Shown piece by piece: positions 1-14,959 of a stretch of 64,000 nucleotides of DNA. A program made the translations under genes and the position numbers. Positions within the stretch are counted from its first letter, which is position 1, and every line of letters starts with the position of its first letter. The notes below the pieces were generated by a model that worked only from the letters and a program-made list of their open reading frames with translations, searched no databases and was not told the DNA's origin. The stretch is taken from NCBI RefSeq assembly GCF_009914755.1, contig NC_060933.1, one strand, 5' to 3'. Origin of the DNA: the human T2T-CHM13v2.0 reference genome, Homo sapiens.

Positions 1-932
1 GGAATGATACGGAATAGAATGGAATGCAACGAAATGGAATGGAATGGAATGGAATGGAATGGAGTGGAATGGAATCGTTCCGAGTGGAATAGGAGGGAAT
101 GTATTCGAGTGGAATGGAAAGGAATGGAATCAACCAGAGTGGAATGGAAGGGAATGGAATGGAATGGAAACTAATAGAATGGAATCAACCCGAGTGGAAT
201 GGAATGGAAAGGACTGGAATGGAAAGGAATGGAATGGAATGGAATGGAATGGAATGGAATGGAATGGAATGGAATCAACGCGAGTGCAGGGGAATGGAAT
301 GGAATCGAATGGAATGGAATGGAATGGAATGGAATCAACCCGAGTGCAGGGGAATGTAATGGAACGGAATGCAATGGAATGGAATCATCCGGAATGGAAT
401 GGAATGGAATGGAATGGAATGGAATGCAATGGAATGGAATCAACCCGAGTACAATGGAACGGAATGGAATGGAATGGAATGGAATGGAATGGAATGGAAT
501 CAACCCGAGTGCAATGGAATGGAGAGGAATGGAATGGAATGGAATGGAAACTACCCGAATGGAATGGAATGTAATGGAGTGTAAGGGAATTGAATAGAAT
601 CAATCCGAATGGAATGGAATGGAACGGAATGTAATGGAATGGAATGGAATGGAATCAACCCGAGTGCAGGGGAATGGAATGGAAAGGAATGCAATGGAAT
701 GGAATCATCCGGAATGGAATGGAATGGAATGCAATGGAATGGAATGGAATGGAATCAACCCGAGTGCAATGGAATGGAGTGAAATGGAATGGAATGGAAT
801 GGAAACAACCAGAATGGATTGGAATATAATGGAGTGTAAGGGAATTGAATAGAATCAATCTGAATGTAATGAAATGGAATGGAACGGAATGGAATGGAAT
901 GGAATGGAATGGAATGGAATGCAATGTAATGG

Positions 933-1080
933 AATCAACCCGAGTGCAATCGAATGGAATCGAATGGAATGGAATGCAATGGAATGGATTCAACTTGAAT
1001 GGAATGGAAAGAATGGAATCAACACGAGTGGAATGGCATGGATTGGAATGGAATGGAAAGGAATCAACCCGAGTACAGGA
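933..1080 (+). repeat. pHuR98-like SatIII module (first of ~20 copies)
   Basis: AATCAACCCGAGTGCAATCGAATGGAATCG...GGATTCAACTTGAATGGAATGGAAAGAATGGAATCAACACGAGTGGAATGGCATGGATTGG...CAACCCGAGTACAGG. It recurs near 5485, 9349, 13871, 14659, 19899, 24969, 29786, 30531, 31609, 40424, 44830, 49978, 50777, 54102, 54896, 56658, 58326, 60647 and 62814. The recurrence is seen directly; the identity with pHuR98 is from memory. Confidence 0.7.
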
Positions 1081-1349
1081 GAATGGAATGGAATGGAATG
1101 CAATGGAATGGAATCATCCGTAATGGAATGGAAAGGAATGGAATGGAATGGAATCAACTCGATTGCAATCGAATGGAATGGAATGGAATTAACCCGAATA
1201 GAATGGAATGGAATGGAATGGAACGGAACGGAATGGAATGGAATGGAATGGAATGGAATGGAATGGAACGGAATGGAATGGAATGGAATGGAATGGAATG
1301 GAATCAACGCGAGTGCAGGGGAATGGAATGGAATGGAATGCAATGGAAT

Positions 1350-1364
1350 GGAATCTTCCGGAAT
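1350..1364. promoter_or_regulatory. Perfect three-unit heat-shock element (HSF1 consensus nGAAnnTTCnnGAAn), first of ~37 copies
   Basis: The sequence reads gGAAtcTTCcgGAAt, an exact consensus match. Occupancy cannot be shown from sequence alone. Confidence 0.6.
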
Positions 1365-4300
1365 GGAATGGAATGGAATGGAATGGAATGAAATGCAATG
1401 GATTCAAATCGATTGCAATGGAATGGAATAGAATGGAATGGAATGGAATGGAATGGAATGGAATTAACCCGAATAGAATGGAATGGAAGGGAATGGAACG
1501 GAATGGAACGGAATGGAATGGAATGGAATGGTATGGAATGGAATGGAATGGTACGGAATAGAATGTAATGGAACGAATTGTAATGGAATGGAATTGAATG
1601 GAATGGAATGGAATGGAATGGAATGGAATCAACGCGAGTGCAGGAGAATGTAATGGAATGGAATGCAATGGAATGGAATCATCCGGAATGGAATGGAATG
1701 GAATGGAATCGAATGGAATCAACCCGAGTGCAAAGGAATGGAGTGGAATGGAATGGAATGGAATGGAATGGAACAACCCGAATGGAATGGAATGTAATGG
1801 AGAGTAAGTGAGTTGAATAGAATCAATCCGAATGTAATGGAATGGAATGCAACGGAATGGAATGGAATGGAATGGAATGGAATGCAATGGAATGGAATCA
1901 ACCAGAGTACAATGAAATGGAATGGAATGGAATGGAATGGAATGGAATGCCTTCAAACCGAATGGAATGGAAAGGAATGGAATCAACACGAGTGGAATGG
2001 AATGGAATGGAATGGAATGGAATGGAATGGAATGGAATGGAATGATAAGGAATAGAATGGAATGGAACGAAATGGAATGGAATGGAATGGAATGGAATGG
2101 AATGGAATGGAATGGAATGGAATGGAATGGAATCGTTCCGAGTGGAATAGGAAGGAATGTATTCGAGTGGAATGGAAAGGAATGGAATCAACCAGAGTGG
2201 AATGGAAGGGAATGGAATGGATTGGAAACTAATAGAATGGAATCAACCTGAGTGGAATGGAATGGAAAGGACTGGAATGGAAAGGAATGGAATGGAATGG
2301 AATGGAATGGAATCAACGCGAGTGCAGGGGAATGGAATGGAATCGAATGGAATAGAATGGAATGGAATGGAATCAACCCGAGTGCAGGGGAATGTAATGG
2401 AACGGAATGCAATGGAATGGAATCATCCGTAATGGAATGGAATGGAATGGAATGGAATGGAATCAACCCGAGTGCAATGGAATGGACTGGAATGGAATGG
2501 AATGGAATGGAACAATCCGAATGGAATGGAATTTAATGGAGAGTAAGGGAGTTGAAAAGAATCAATCCGAATGTAATGGAATGGAATGGAATGGAATGGA
2601 ATGGAATGGAAAGGAATGGAATGGAATGCAATGGAATGGAATCAACCCGAGTACAATGGAATGGAATGGAATGGAATGGAATGGAATGGAATGGAATGGA
2701 ATGATACGGAATAGAATGGAATGGAACGAAATGGAATGGAATGGAATGGAATGGAATGGAATGCAATGGAATGGAATGGAATGGAATGGAATCGTTCCGA
2801 GTGGAATAGGAGGGAATGTATTCGAGTGGAATGGAAAGGAATGGAATCAACAAGAGTGGAATGGAAGGGAATGGAATGGAATGGAAACTAATAGAATGGA
2901 ATCAACCCGAGTGGAATGGAATGGAAAGGACTGGAATAGAATGGAATGGAATGGAATCAACTCGACTGTAATGGAATGGAATGGAATGGAATGGAATGGA
3001 ATGGAATGGAATGGAATCAACCCGAGTGCAATGGAATGGAGTGGAATGGAATGGAATGGAATGGAATCAACTCGATTGCAATCGAATGGAATGGAATGGA
3101 ATTAACCCGAATAGAATGGAATGGAATGGAATGGAACGGAACGGAATGGAATGGAATGGAATGGAATGGAATGGAATGGAATGGAACGGAACGGAATGGA
3201 ATGGAATGGAATGGAATGGAATCAACGCGAGTGCAGGGGAATGGAATGGAATGGAATGCAATGGAATGGAATCTTCCGGAATGGAATGGAATGGAATGGA
3301 ATGGAATGAAATGCAATGGATTCAACTAGATTGCAATGGAATGGAATAGAATGGAATGGAATGGAATGGAATGGATTTAATCCGAATAGAATGGAATGGA
3401 ATGGAATGGAACGGAATGGAACAGAATGGAATGGAATGGAATGGAATGGAATGGTATGGAATGGAATGGAATAGTACGGAATAGAATGGAATGGAACGAA
3501 TTCTAATGGAATGGAATTGAATGGAATGGAATGGAATGGAACGGAATCAACGCGAGTGCAGGGGAATGTAATGGAACGGAATGCAATGGAATGGAATCAT
3601 CCGGAATGGAATGGAATGGAATGGAATGGAATCAACCCGAGTGCAATGGAATGGAGTGGAATGGAATGGAATGGAATGGAACAACCCGAATGGAATGGAA
3701 TGGAATGCAGAGTAAGGGAGTTGAATAGAATCAATGCGAATGTAATGGAATGGAATGCAACGGAATGGAATGGAATGGAATGGAATGGAATGGAATGCAA
3801 TGCAATGGAATGGAATGGAATGCAATGGAATGGAATGGAATGATACGGAATAGAATGGAATGGAACGAAATGGAATGGAATGGAATGGAATGGAATGGAA
3901 TGGAATCGTTCCGAGTGGAATAGGAGGGAATGTATTCGAGTGGAATGGAAAGGAATGGAATCAACCAGAGTGGAACGGAAGGGAATGGAATGGAATGGAA
4001 ACTAATAGAATGGAATCAACCCGAGTGGAATGGAATGGAAAGGACTGGAATGGAGTGGAATGGAATGGAATCAACACGATTGTAATGGAATGGAATGGAA
4101 TGGAATGGAATGGAATGGAATGGAATTAACCCGAATACAATGGAATGGAATCGAATGAAACGGAATGGAGTGGAATTTAATGGAATCAACCCGAGTGCAG
4201 GGGAATGGAATGGAATGGAATGCAATGGAATGGAATCATCCGGAATGGAATGGAATGGAATGGAATGCAATGCAATGGAATCAACTTGATTGCAATGGAA

Positions 4301-7300
4301 TGGAATGGAATGGAAAGGAATACATTGGAATCAACCCGAGTGGAATGGAATGGAAAGGACTGGAATGGAGTGGAATGGAATGGAATGGAATGGAATGGAA
4401 TGGAATGGAATGGAATGGAATCAACTTAATTGGAATGGAATGGAATGGAATGGAATGGAATGGAATGGAATGGAAGGGAATGGAATGGAATGGAATTAAC
4501 TCGAATAGAAAGGAATGGAATGGAATGGAACGGAATGGAATGGAATGGAATGGAATGGAATGGAAAGGAATGGAATGGAATCAACCCGACTGCAGGGGAA
4601 TGGAATGGAATGGAATGCAATGGAATGGATTCAACTTGAATGGAATGGAAAGAATGGAATCAACACGAGTGGAATGGCATGGATTGGAATGGAATGGAAT
4701 GGAATCAACCCGAGTACAGGGGAATGGAATGGAATGGAATGCAATGGAATGGAATCATCCGGAATGGAATGGAATGGAATGGAATGGAATGGAATGGAAT
4801 GGAATAAACCCGAGTGCAATGGAATGGAGTGGAATGGAATGGAATGGAATGGAACAACCCGAATGGAATGGAATGTAATGGAGAGTAAGGGAGTTGAATA
4901 GAATCAATCCGAATGTAATGGAATGGAATGGAATGGAATGCAATGGAATGGAATCAACCCGAGTACAATGGAACGGAATGGAATGGAAGGTAATGTAATG
5001 TAATGGAATGGAATGGAATGGAATGGAAAGGAATGGAATCAACCCGAGTGCAATGGAATGGAGAGGAATGGAATGGAATGGAATGGAAACTACCCGAATG
5101 GAATGGAATGTAATGGAGTGTAAGGGAATTGAATACAATCAATCCGAATGGAATGGAATGGAATGGAACGGAATGTAATGGAATGGAATGGAATCAACCC
5201 GAGTGCAGGGGAATGGAATGGAATGGAATGCAATGGAATGGAATCATCCGGAATGGAATGGAATGGAATGCAATGGAATGGAATGGAATGGAATCAACCC
5301 GAGTGCAATGGAATGGAGTGAAATGGAATGGAATGGAATGGAAACAACCAGAATGGATTGGAATATAATGGAGTGTAAGGGAATTGAATAGAATAAATCT
5401 GAATGTAATGAAATGGAATGGAACGGAATGGAATGGAATGGAATGGAATGGAATGGAATGGAATGGAATGCAATGGAATGGAATCAACCCGAGTGCAATC
5501 GAATGGAATCGAATGGAATGGAATGCAATGGAATGGATTCAACTTGAATGGAATGGAAAGAATGGAATCAACACGAGTGGAACGGCATGGATTGGAATGG
5601 AATGGAATGGAATCAACCCGAGTACAGGGGAATGGAATGGAATGGAATGCAATGGAATGGAATCATACGTAATGGAATGGAAAGGAATGGAATGGAATGG
5701 AATGGAATGGAATGGAATGGAATGGAATGGAATGCAATGGAATGGAATGGAACGGAAAGGAAGGGAATGGAATGGAATAGAATGGAATGGAATGGAATCA
5801 ACGCGAGTGCAGGGGAATGGAATGGAATGGAATGCAATGGAATGAAATCATCCGGAATGGAATGGAATGGAATGGAATGGAATGCAATGGAATGGAATCT
5901 TCCGGAATGGAATGGAATGGAATGGAATGGAATGGAATGGAATGGAATCAACCCGAGTGCAATGGAATGGAGTGGAATGGAATGGAATGGAATGGAACAA
6001 CCGGAATGGAATGGAATGTAATGGAGAGTAAGAGAGTTGAATAGAATCAATCCGAATGTAATGGAATGGAATGGAACGGAATGGAATTGAATGGAATGGA
6101 ATGGAATGCAATGGAATGGAATCAACCCGAGTGCAATGGAAAGGATAGGAATGGAATGGAATGGAATGGAAACTACCCGAATGGAATGGAATGTAATGGA
6201 GTGTAAGGGAATTGAAAAGAATCAATCCGAATGTAATGGAATGGAATGGAACGGAATGGAATGGAATGGAATGGAATGGAATCAACCCGAGTGAAATCGA
6301 ATGAAATCGAATGGAATGGAATGCAATGGAATGGATTCAACTTGAATGGAATGGAAAGAATGGAATCAACACGAGTGGAATGGCATGGATTGGAATGGAA
6401 TGGAATGGAATCAACCCGAGTACAGGGGAATGGAATGGAATGGAATGCAATGGAATGGAATCATCCGTAATGGAATGGAAAGGAATGGAATGGAATGGAA
6501 TGGAATGGAATCGAATGGAATGGAATCAACTCGATTGCAATCGAATGGAATGGAATGGAATTAACGCGAATAGAATGGAATGGAATGGAATGGAACGGAA
6601 CGGAATGGAATGGAATGGAATGGAATGGAATGGAACGGAACGGAACGGAATGGAATGGAATGGATTGGAATGGAAGGGAATCAACGCGAGTGCAGGGGAA
6701 TGGAATGGAATGGAATGCAATGGAATGGAATCTTCCGGAATGGAATGGAATGGAATGGAATGGAATGGAATGAAATGCAATGGATTCAACTCGATTGCAA
6801 TGGAATGGAATAGAATGGAATGGAATGGAATGGAATGGAATTAATCCGAATAGAATAGAATGGAATGGAATGGAACGGAATGGAACGGAATGGAATGGAA
6901 TGGAATGGAATGGAATGGTATGGAATGGAATGGAATGGTACGGAATAGAATGGAATGGAACGAATTGTAATGGAATGGAATTGAATGGAATGGAATGGAA
7001 TGGAATGGAATCAACGCGAGTGCAGGGGAATGTAATGGAACGGAATGCAATGGAATGGAATCATCCGGAATGGAATGGAATGGAATGGAATGGAATGGAA
7101 TGGAATCAACCCGAGTGCAATGGAATGGAGTGGAATGGAATGGAATGGAATGGAACAACCCGAATGGACTGGAATGTAATGGAGAGTAAGGGAGTTGAAT
7201 AGAATCAATCCGAATGTAATAGAATGGAATGCAACGGAATGGAATGGAATGGAATGGAATGGAATGCAATGGAATGGAATCAACCCGAGTACAATGGAAT

Positions 7301-10300
7301 GGAAACTAATAGAATGGAATCAACCCGAGTGGAATGGAATGGAAAGGACTGGAATGGAATGGAATGGAATGGAATTAACTCGATGGTAATGGAATGGAAT
7401 GGAATGGAATGGAATGGAATGGAATGGAATGGAATGGAATCGTTCCGAGTGGAATAGGAGGGAATGTTTTCGAGTGGAATGGAAAGGAATGGAATCAACC
7501 AGAGTGGAATGGAAGGGAATGGAATGGAATGGAAACTAATAGAATGGAATCAACCCGAGTGGAATGGAATGGAAAGGACTGGAATGGAATGGAATGTAAT
7601 GGAATCAACTCGATGGTAATGGAATGGAATGGAATGGAATGGAATGGAATGGAATTAACCCGAATAAAATGGAATGGAATGGAATGGAACGGAATGGAGT
7701 GGAATGGAATGGAATCAACCCGAGTGCAGGGGAATGGAATGGAATGGAATGCAATGGAATGGGATCATCCGGAATGGAATGGAATGGAATGGAATGCAAA
7801 GCAATGGAATCAACTCGATTGCAATGGAATGGAATGGAATGGAAAGGAATACATTGGAATCAACCAGAGTGGAATGGAATGGAAAGGACTGGAATGGAGT
7901 GGAATGGAATGGAATGGAATGGAATGGAATCAACTCGATTGGAATGGAATGGAGTGGAATGGAATGGAATGGAATTAACCCGAATAGAATGGAATGTAAT
8001 GGAATGGAACGGAACGGAATGGAATGGAATGGAATGGAATGGAATGGAATGGAATCAACCCGACTGCAGGGGAATGGAATGGAATGGAATGCAATGGAAT
8101 GGATTCAACTTGAATGGAATGGAAAGAATGGAATCAACACGAGTGGAATGGCATGGATTGGAATGGAATGGAATGGAATCAACCCGAGTACAGGGGAATG
8201 GAATGGAATGGAATGCAATGGAATGGAATCATCCGTAATGGAATGGAAAGGAATGGAATGGAATGGAATGGAATGGAATGGAATGGAATGGAATGGAATC
8301 AACTCGATTGCAATCGAATGGAATGGAATGGAATTAACCCGAATAGAATGGAATGGAATGGAAGGGAAGGGAACGGAACAGAACGGAACTGAACGGAATG
8401 GAATGGAATGGAATGGAATTGTATGGAATGGAATGGCATGGTACGGAATAGAATGGAATGGAAAGAATTGTAATGGAATGGAATCGAATGGAATGGAATG
8501 GAATGGAATGGAATGGAATGGAATGGAATGGAATGGAATCAACCCGAGTGCAATGGAATGGAGTGGAATGGAATGGAATGGAATGGAACAACCCGAATGG
8601 AATGGAATGTAATGGAGAGTAAGGGAGTTGAATAGAATCAATCCGAATGTAATGGAATGGAACGGAATGGAATGGAATGCAATGGAATGGAATCAACCCG
8701 AGTACAATGGAACGGAATGGAATGTAATGTAATGTAATGTAATGGAATGGAATGGAATGGAATGGAATCAACCCGAGTGCAATGGAATGGAGAGGAATGG
8801 AATGGAATGGAATGGAAACTACCCGAATGGAATGGAATGTAATGGAGTGTAAGGGAATTGAATAGAATCAATCCGAATGGAATGGAATGGAATGGAACGG
8901 AATGTAATGGAATGGAATGGAATGGAATCAACCCGAGTGCAGGGGAATGGAATGGAATGGAATGGAATGGAATGGAATGGAATGGTATGGAATGGAATGG
9001 AATGGTACGGAATAGAATGGAATGGAACGAATTGTAATGGAATGGAATTGAATGGAATGGAATGGAATGGAATGGAATCAACGCGAGTGCAGGGGAATGT
9101 AATGGAACGGAATGCAATGGAATGGAATCATCCGGAATGGAATGGAATGGAATGCAATGGAATGGAATGGAATGGAATCAACCCGAGTGCAATGGAATGG
9201 AGTGAAATGGAATGGAATGGAAACAACCAGAATGGATTGGAATATAATGGAGTTTAAGGGAATTGAAAAGAATCAATCTGAATGTAATGAAATGGAAGGG
9301 AACGGAATGGAATGGAATGGAATGGAATGGAATGCAATGGAGTGGAATCAACCCGAGTGCAATCGAATGGAATCGAATGCAATGGAATGCAATGGAATGG
9401 ATTCAACTTGAATGGAAAGGAAAGAATGGAATCAACACGAGTGGAATGGCATGGATTGGAATGGAATGGAATGGAATCAACCCGAGTACAGGGGAATGGA
9501 ATGGAATGGAATGCAATGGAATGGAATCATCAGTAATGGAATGGAAAGAATGGAAAGGACTGGAATGGAATGGAATGGAATGGAATGGAATGGAATGGAA
9601 TGGAATCAACTCGATTTCAATCGAATGGAATGGAATGGAATTAACCCGAATTGAATGGAATGGAATGGAATGGAACGGAACGGAATGGAATGGAATGGAA
9701 TGGAATGGAACGGAAAGGAATGGAATGGAATGGAATGGAATGGAATGGAATGGAATGGAATGGAACGGAATCAACGCGAGTGCAGGGGAATGGAATGGAA
9801 TCGAATAGAATGGAAAGGAATGGAATGGAATCAACCCGAGTGCAGGGGAATGTAATGGAACGGAATGCAATGGAATGGAATCATCCGGAATGGAATGGAA
9901 TGGAATGGAATGGAATAAACCCGAGTGCAATGGAATGGAGTGGAATGGAATGGAATGGAATGGAACAACCCGAATGGAATGGAATGTAATGGAGAGTAAG
10001 GGAGTTGAAAAGAATCAATCCGAATGGAATGGAACGGAATGGAATGGAATGGAATGGAATGGAATGGAATGCAATGGAATGGAATCAACCCGAGTACAAT
10101 GGAATGGAATGGAATGGAATGGAATGGAATGGAATGGAATGGAATGGAATGGAATGCAATGGAATGGAATCTTCCGGAATGGAATGCAATGGAATGGAAT
10201 GGAATGGAATGGAATGGAATGGAATGGAATGCAATGGATTCAACTCGATTGCAATGGAATGGAATAGAATGGAATGACATGGAATGGAAAGGAATGGAAT

Positions 10301-10440
10301 TAAACCGAATAGAATGGAATGGAATGGAATGGAACGGAACAGAACGGAACGGTACGGAACGGAGTGGAATGGCATGGAATGGAATTGTATGGAATGGAAT
10401 GGAATGGTACGGAATAGAATGGAATGGAAAGAATTGGAAT

Positions 10441-10560
10441 GGAATGGTATCGAATGGAATGGAATGGAATGGAATGGAATCAACCCGAGTGCAGGGGAAT
10501 GGAATGGTATCGAATGGAATGGAATGGAATGGAATGGAATCAACCCGAGTGCAGGGGAAT
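10441..10560 (+). repeat. Perfect 2 x 60-bp tandem duplication
   Basis: 10441-10500 and 10501-10560 are identical, including the rare GGTATCGAAT variant. Confidence 0.9.
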
Positions 10561-13500
10561 GTAATGGAACGGAATGCAATGGAATGGAATCATCCGGAAT
10601 GGAATGGAATGGAATGGAATGGAATGGAATGGCATGGAATGGAATGGAATCAACCCGAGCGCAATGGAATGGAGTGGAATGGAATGGAATGGAATGGAAC
10701 AACCCGAATGGAATGGAATGTAATGGAGAGTAAGGGAGTTAAATAGAATCAATCCGAATGTAATGGAATGGAACGGAATGGAATGGAATGGAATGGAATG
10801 GAATGGAATGGAATGGAATGGAATGCAATGGAATGGAATCAACCCGAGTACAACGGAACGGAATTGAATGTAATGTAATGTAATGTAATGGAATGGAATG
10901 GAATGGAATGGAATGGAATGGAATGGAATGGAAACAACCCGACTGCAGGGGAATGGAATGGAATGGAATGCAATGGAATGGATTCAACTTGAATGGAATG
11001 GAAAGAATGGAATCAACACGAGTGGAAGGGCATGGATTGGAATGGAATGGAATGGAATCAACCCGAGTACAGGGGAATGGAATGGAATGGAATGCAATGG
11101 AATGGAATCATCCGTAATGGAATGGAAAGGAATGGAATGGAATGGAATGGAATGGAATGCAATGGAATCAACTCGATTGCAATCGAATGGAATGGAATGG
11201 AATTAACCCGAATAGAATGGAATGGAATGGAATGGAACGGAACGGAACGGAATGGAATGGATTGGAATGGAATGGAATGGAATGGAATGGAACGGAAAGG
11301 AATGGAATGGAATGGAATGGAATGGAATGGAATGGAATCAAAGCGAGTGCAGGGGAATGGAATGGAATGGAATGCAATGGAATGGAATCTTCCGGAATGG
11401 AATGGAATGGAATGGAATGGAATGGAATGGAATGAACCCGAGTGCAATGGAATGGAGTGGAATGGAATGGAATGGAATGGAACAACCCGAATGGAATGGA
11501 ATGTAATGGAGAGTAAGGGAGTTGAATAGAATCAATCTGAATGTAATGGAATGGAATGGAACGGAATGGAATTGAATGGAATGGAATGGAATGCAATGGA
11601 ATGGAATCAACCCGAGTTCAATGGAATGGAGAGGAATGGAATGGAATGGAATGGAAACTACCCGAATGGAATGGAATGTAATGGAGTGTAAGGGAATTGA
11701 ATAGAATCAATCCGAATGTAATGGAATGGAATGGAACGGAATGGAATGGAATGGAATGGAATGGAATGGAATGGAATGGAATGCAATGGAATGGAATTAT
11801 CCGTAATGGAATGGAAAGGAAAGGAATGGAATGGAATGGAATGGAATGGAATGGAATCAACTCGATTGCAATCGAATGGAATGGAATGGAATTAACCCGA
11901 ATAGAATGGAATGGAATGGAATGGAATGGAATGGAATGGAATGGAACGGAAAGGAAGGGAATGGAATGGAATAGAATGGAATGGAATGGAATCAACGCGA
12001 GTGCAGGGGAATGGAATGGAATGGAATGCAATGGAATGGAATCTTCCGGAATGGAATGGAATGGAATGGAATGGAATGGAATGGAATTAACCCGAATACA
12101 ATGGAATGGAATGGAATGGAATGGAATGGAGTAGAATGGAATGGAATCAACCCCAGTGCAGGGGAATGGAATGGAATGGAATGCAGTGGAATGGAATCAT
12201 CCGGAATGGAATGGAATGGAATGGAATGCAAAGCAATGGAATCAACTGGATTGCAATGGATTGGAATGGAATGGAAAGGAATACATTGGAATCAACCCGA
12301 GTGGAATGGAATGGAAAGGACTGGAATGGAGTGGAATGGAATGGAATCAAATCGATTGGAATGGAAATGAATGGAATGGAATGGAATTAACCCGAATAGA
12401 ATGGAATGGAATGGAATGGAACGGAACGTAATGGAATGGAATGGAATGGAATGGAATTGAATGGAATGGAATGGAATCAACCCGACTGCAGGGGAATGGA
12501 ATGGAATGGAAGGCAATGGAATGGATTCAACATGAATGGAATGGAAAGAATGGAATCAACACGAGTGGAATGGCATGGATTGGAATGGAATGGAATGGAA
12601 TCGACCCGAGTACAGGGGAATGGAATGGAATGGAATGCAATGGAATGGAATCATCCGTAATGGAATGGAAAGGAATGGAATGGAATGGAATGGAATGGAA
12701 TGGAATGGAATGGAATCAACTCGATTGCAATCGAATGGAATGGAATGGAATTAACCCGAATAGAATGGAACGGAATGGAATGGAACGGAACGGAACGGAA
12801 CGGAACGGAGTGGAATGGAATGGAATGGAATTGTATGGAATGGAATGGCATGGTACGGAATAGAATGGAATGGAAAGAATTGGAATGGAATGGAATCGAA
12901 TGGAACGGAATGCAATGGAATGGAATCATCCGGAATGGAATGCAATGGAATGGAATGGAATGGAATGGAATGGAATGGAATGGAATGGAATAAACCCGAG
13001 TGCAATGGAATGGAGTGGAATGGAATGGAATGCAATGGAACAACCCGAATGGAATGGAATATAATGGAGAGTAAGGGAGTTGAATAGAATCAATCCGAAT
13101 GTAATGGAATGGAATGGAACGGAATGGAATTGAATGGAATGGAATGGAATGGAATCAACCCGAGTGCAATGGAATGGAGAGGAATGGAATGGAATGGAAT
13201 GGAAACTACCCGAATGGAATGGAATGTAATGGAGAGTAAGGGAGTTGAATAGAATCAATCCGAATGTAATGGAATGGAACGGAATGGAATGGAATGGAAT
13301 GGAATGGAATGGAATGGAATGGAATGGAATCCAATGGAATGGAATCAACCCGAGTACAATGGAACGGAATGGAATGGAATGGAATGGAATGGAATGGAAT
13401 GGAATGGAATAGAATGGAATGGAATCAACCCGAGTGCAATGGAATGGAGAGGAATGGAATGGAATGGAATGGAAACTACCGGAATGGAATGGAATGTAAT

Positions 13501-14959
13501 GGAGTGTAAGGGAATTGAATAGAATGAATCTGAATGGAATGCAATGGAATGGAATGGAATGGAATGGAATGGAATGGAATCAACACGAGTGCAGGGGAAT
13601 GGAATGGAATGGAATGCAATGGAATGGAATCATCTGGAATGGAATGGAATGGAATGCAATGGAATGGAATGGAATGGAATCAACCCGAGTGCAATGGAAT
13701 GGAGTGAAATGGAATGGAATGGAATGGAAACAACCAGAATGGATTGGAATATAATGGAGTGTAAGGGAATAGAATAGCATCAATCTGAATGTAATGAAAT
13801 GGAATGGAACGGAATGGAATGGAAAGGAATGGAATGGAATTGAATGGAATGGAATGCAATGGAATGGAATCAACCCGAGTGCAATCGAATGGAATCGAAT
13901 GCAATGGAATGCAATGGAATGGATTCAACTTGAATGGAATGGAAAGAATGGAATCAACACGAGTGGAATGGCATGGATGGGAATGGAATGGAATGGAATC
14001 AACCCGAGTACAGGGGAATGGAATGGAATGGAATGCCATGGAATGGAATCATCAGTAATAGAATGGAAAGGAATGGAAAGGACTGGAATGGAATGGAATG
14101 GAATGGAATGGAAAGGAATCAACTCGATTGCAATCGAATGGAATGGAATGGAATTAACCCGAATAGAATGGAATAGAATGGAATGGAACGGAACGGAATG
14201 GAAGGGAATGGAATGGAATGGAACGGAAAGGAATGGAATGGAATGGAATGGAATGGAATGGAATGGAATGGAATGGAACAACCCGAATTGAAAGGAATGT
14301 AATGGAGAGTAAGGAAGTTGAATAGAATAAATCCGAATGTAATGGAATGGAATGCAACGGAATGGAATGGAATGGAATGGAATGGAATGCAAAGGAATTC
14401 AATCAACCCGAGTACAATGGATTGGAATGGAATGGAATGGAATGGAATGGAATGGAACGGAATGGAATGATACGGAATAGAATGGAATGGAAAGAAATGG
14501 AATGGAATGGAATGGAATTGAATGGAATGGAATCGTTCCGAGTGGAATAGGAGGGAATGTATTCGAGTGGAATGGAAAGGAATGGAATCAACCAGAGTGG
14601 AATGGAAGGGAATGGAATGGAATGGAATGGAATGGAATGGAATGCAATGGAATGGAATCAACCCGAGTGCAATCGAATGGAATCAAATGGAATGGAATGC
14701 AATGGAATGGATTCAACTTGAATGGAAAGGAAAGAATGGAATCAACACGAGTGGAATGGCATGGATTGGAATGGAATGGAATGGAATCCACCCGAGTACA
14801 GGGGAATGGAATGGAATGGAATGCAATGGAATGGAATCATCAGTAATGGAATGGAAAGGAATGGAAAGGACTGGAATGGAATGGAATGGAATGGAATGGA
14901 ATGGAATGGAATCAACTCGATTGCAATCGAATGGAATGGAATGGAATTAACCCGAATAG

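Noticed and set aside
72-84. GAATCGTTCCGAG as an HSE
   Set aside because: The GAA-to-TTC spacing is 3 bp rather than 2 bp, so it does not fit the HSF1 consensus.
286-295. GCAGGGGAAT as a G-quadruplex seed
   Set aside because: G3-G4 tracts are isolated, usually 50 bp or more apart, so no canonical G4 motif forms.
825-830. TATAAT resembling a bacterial -10 or TATA box (about 10 copies)
   Set aside because: It is a two-base variant of GGAAT inside a satellite module, with no promoter context.
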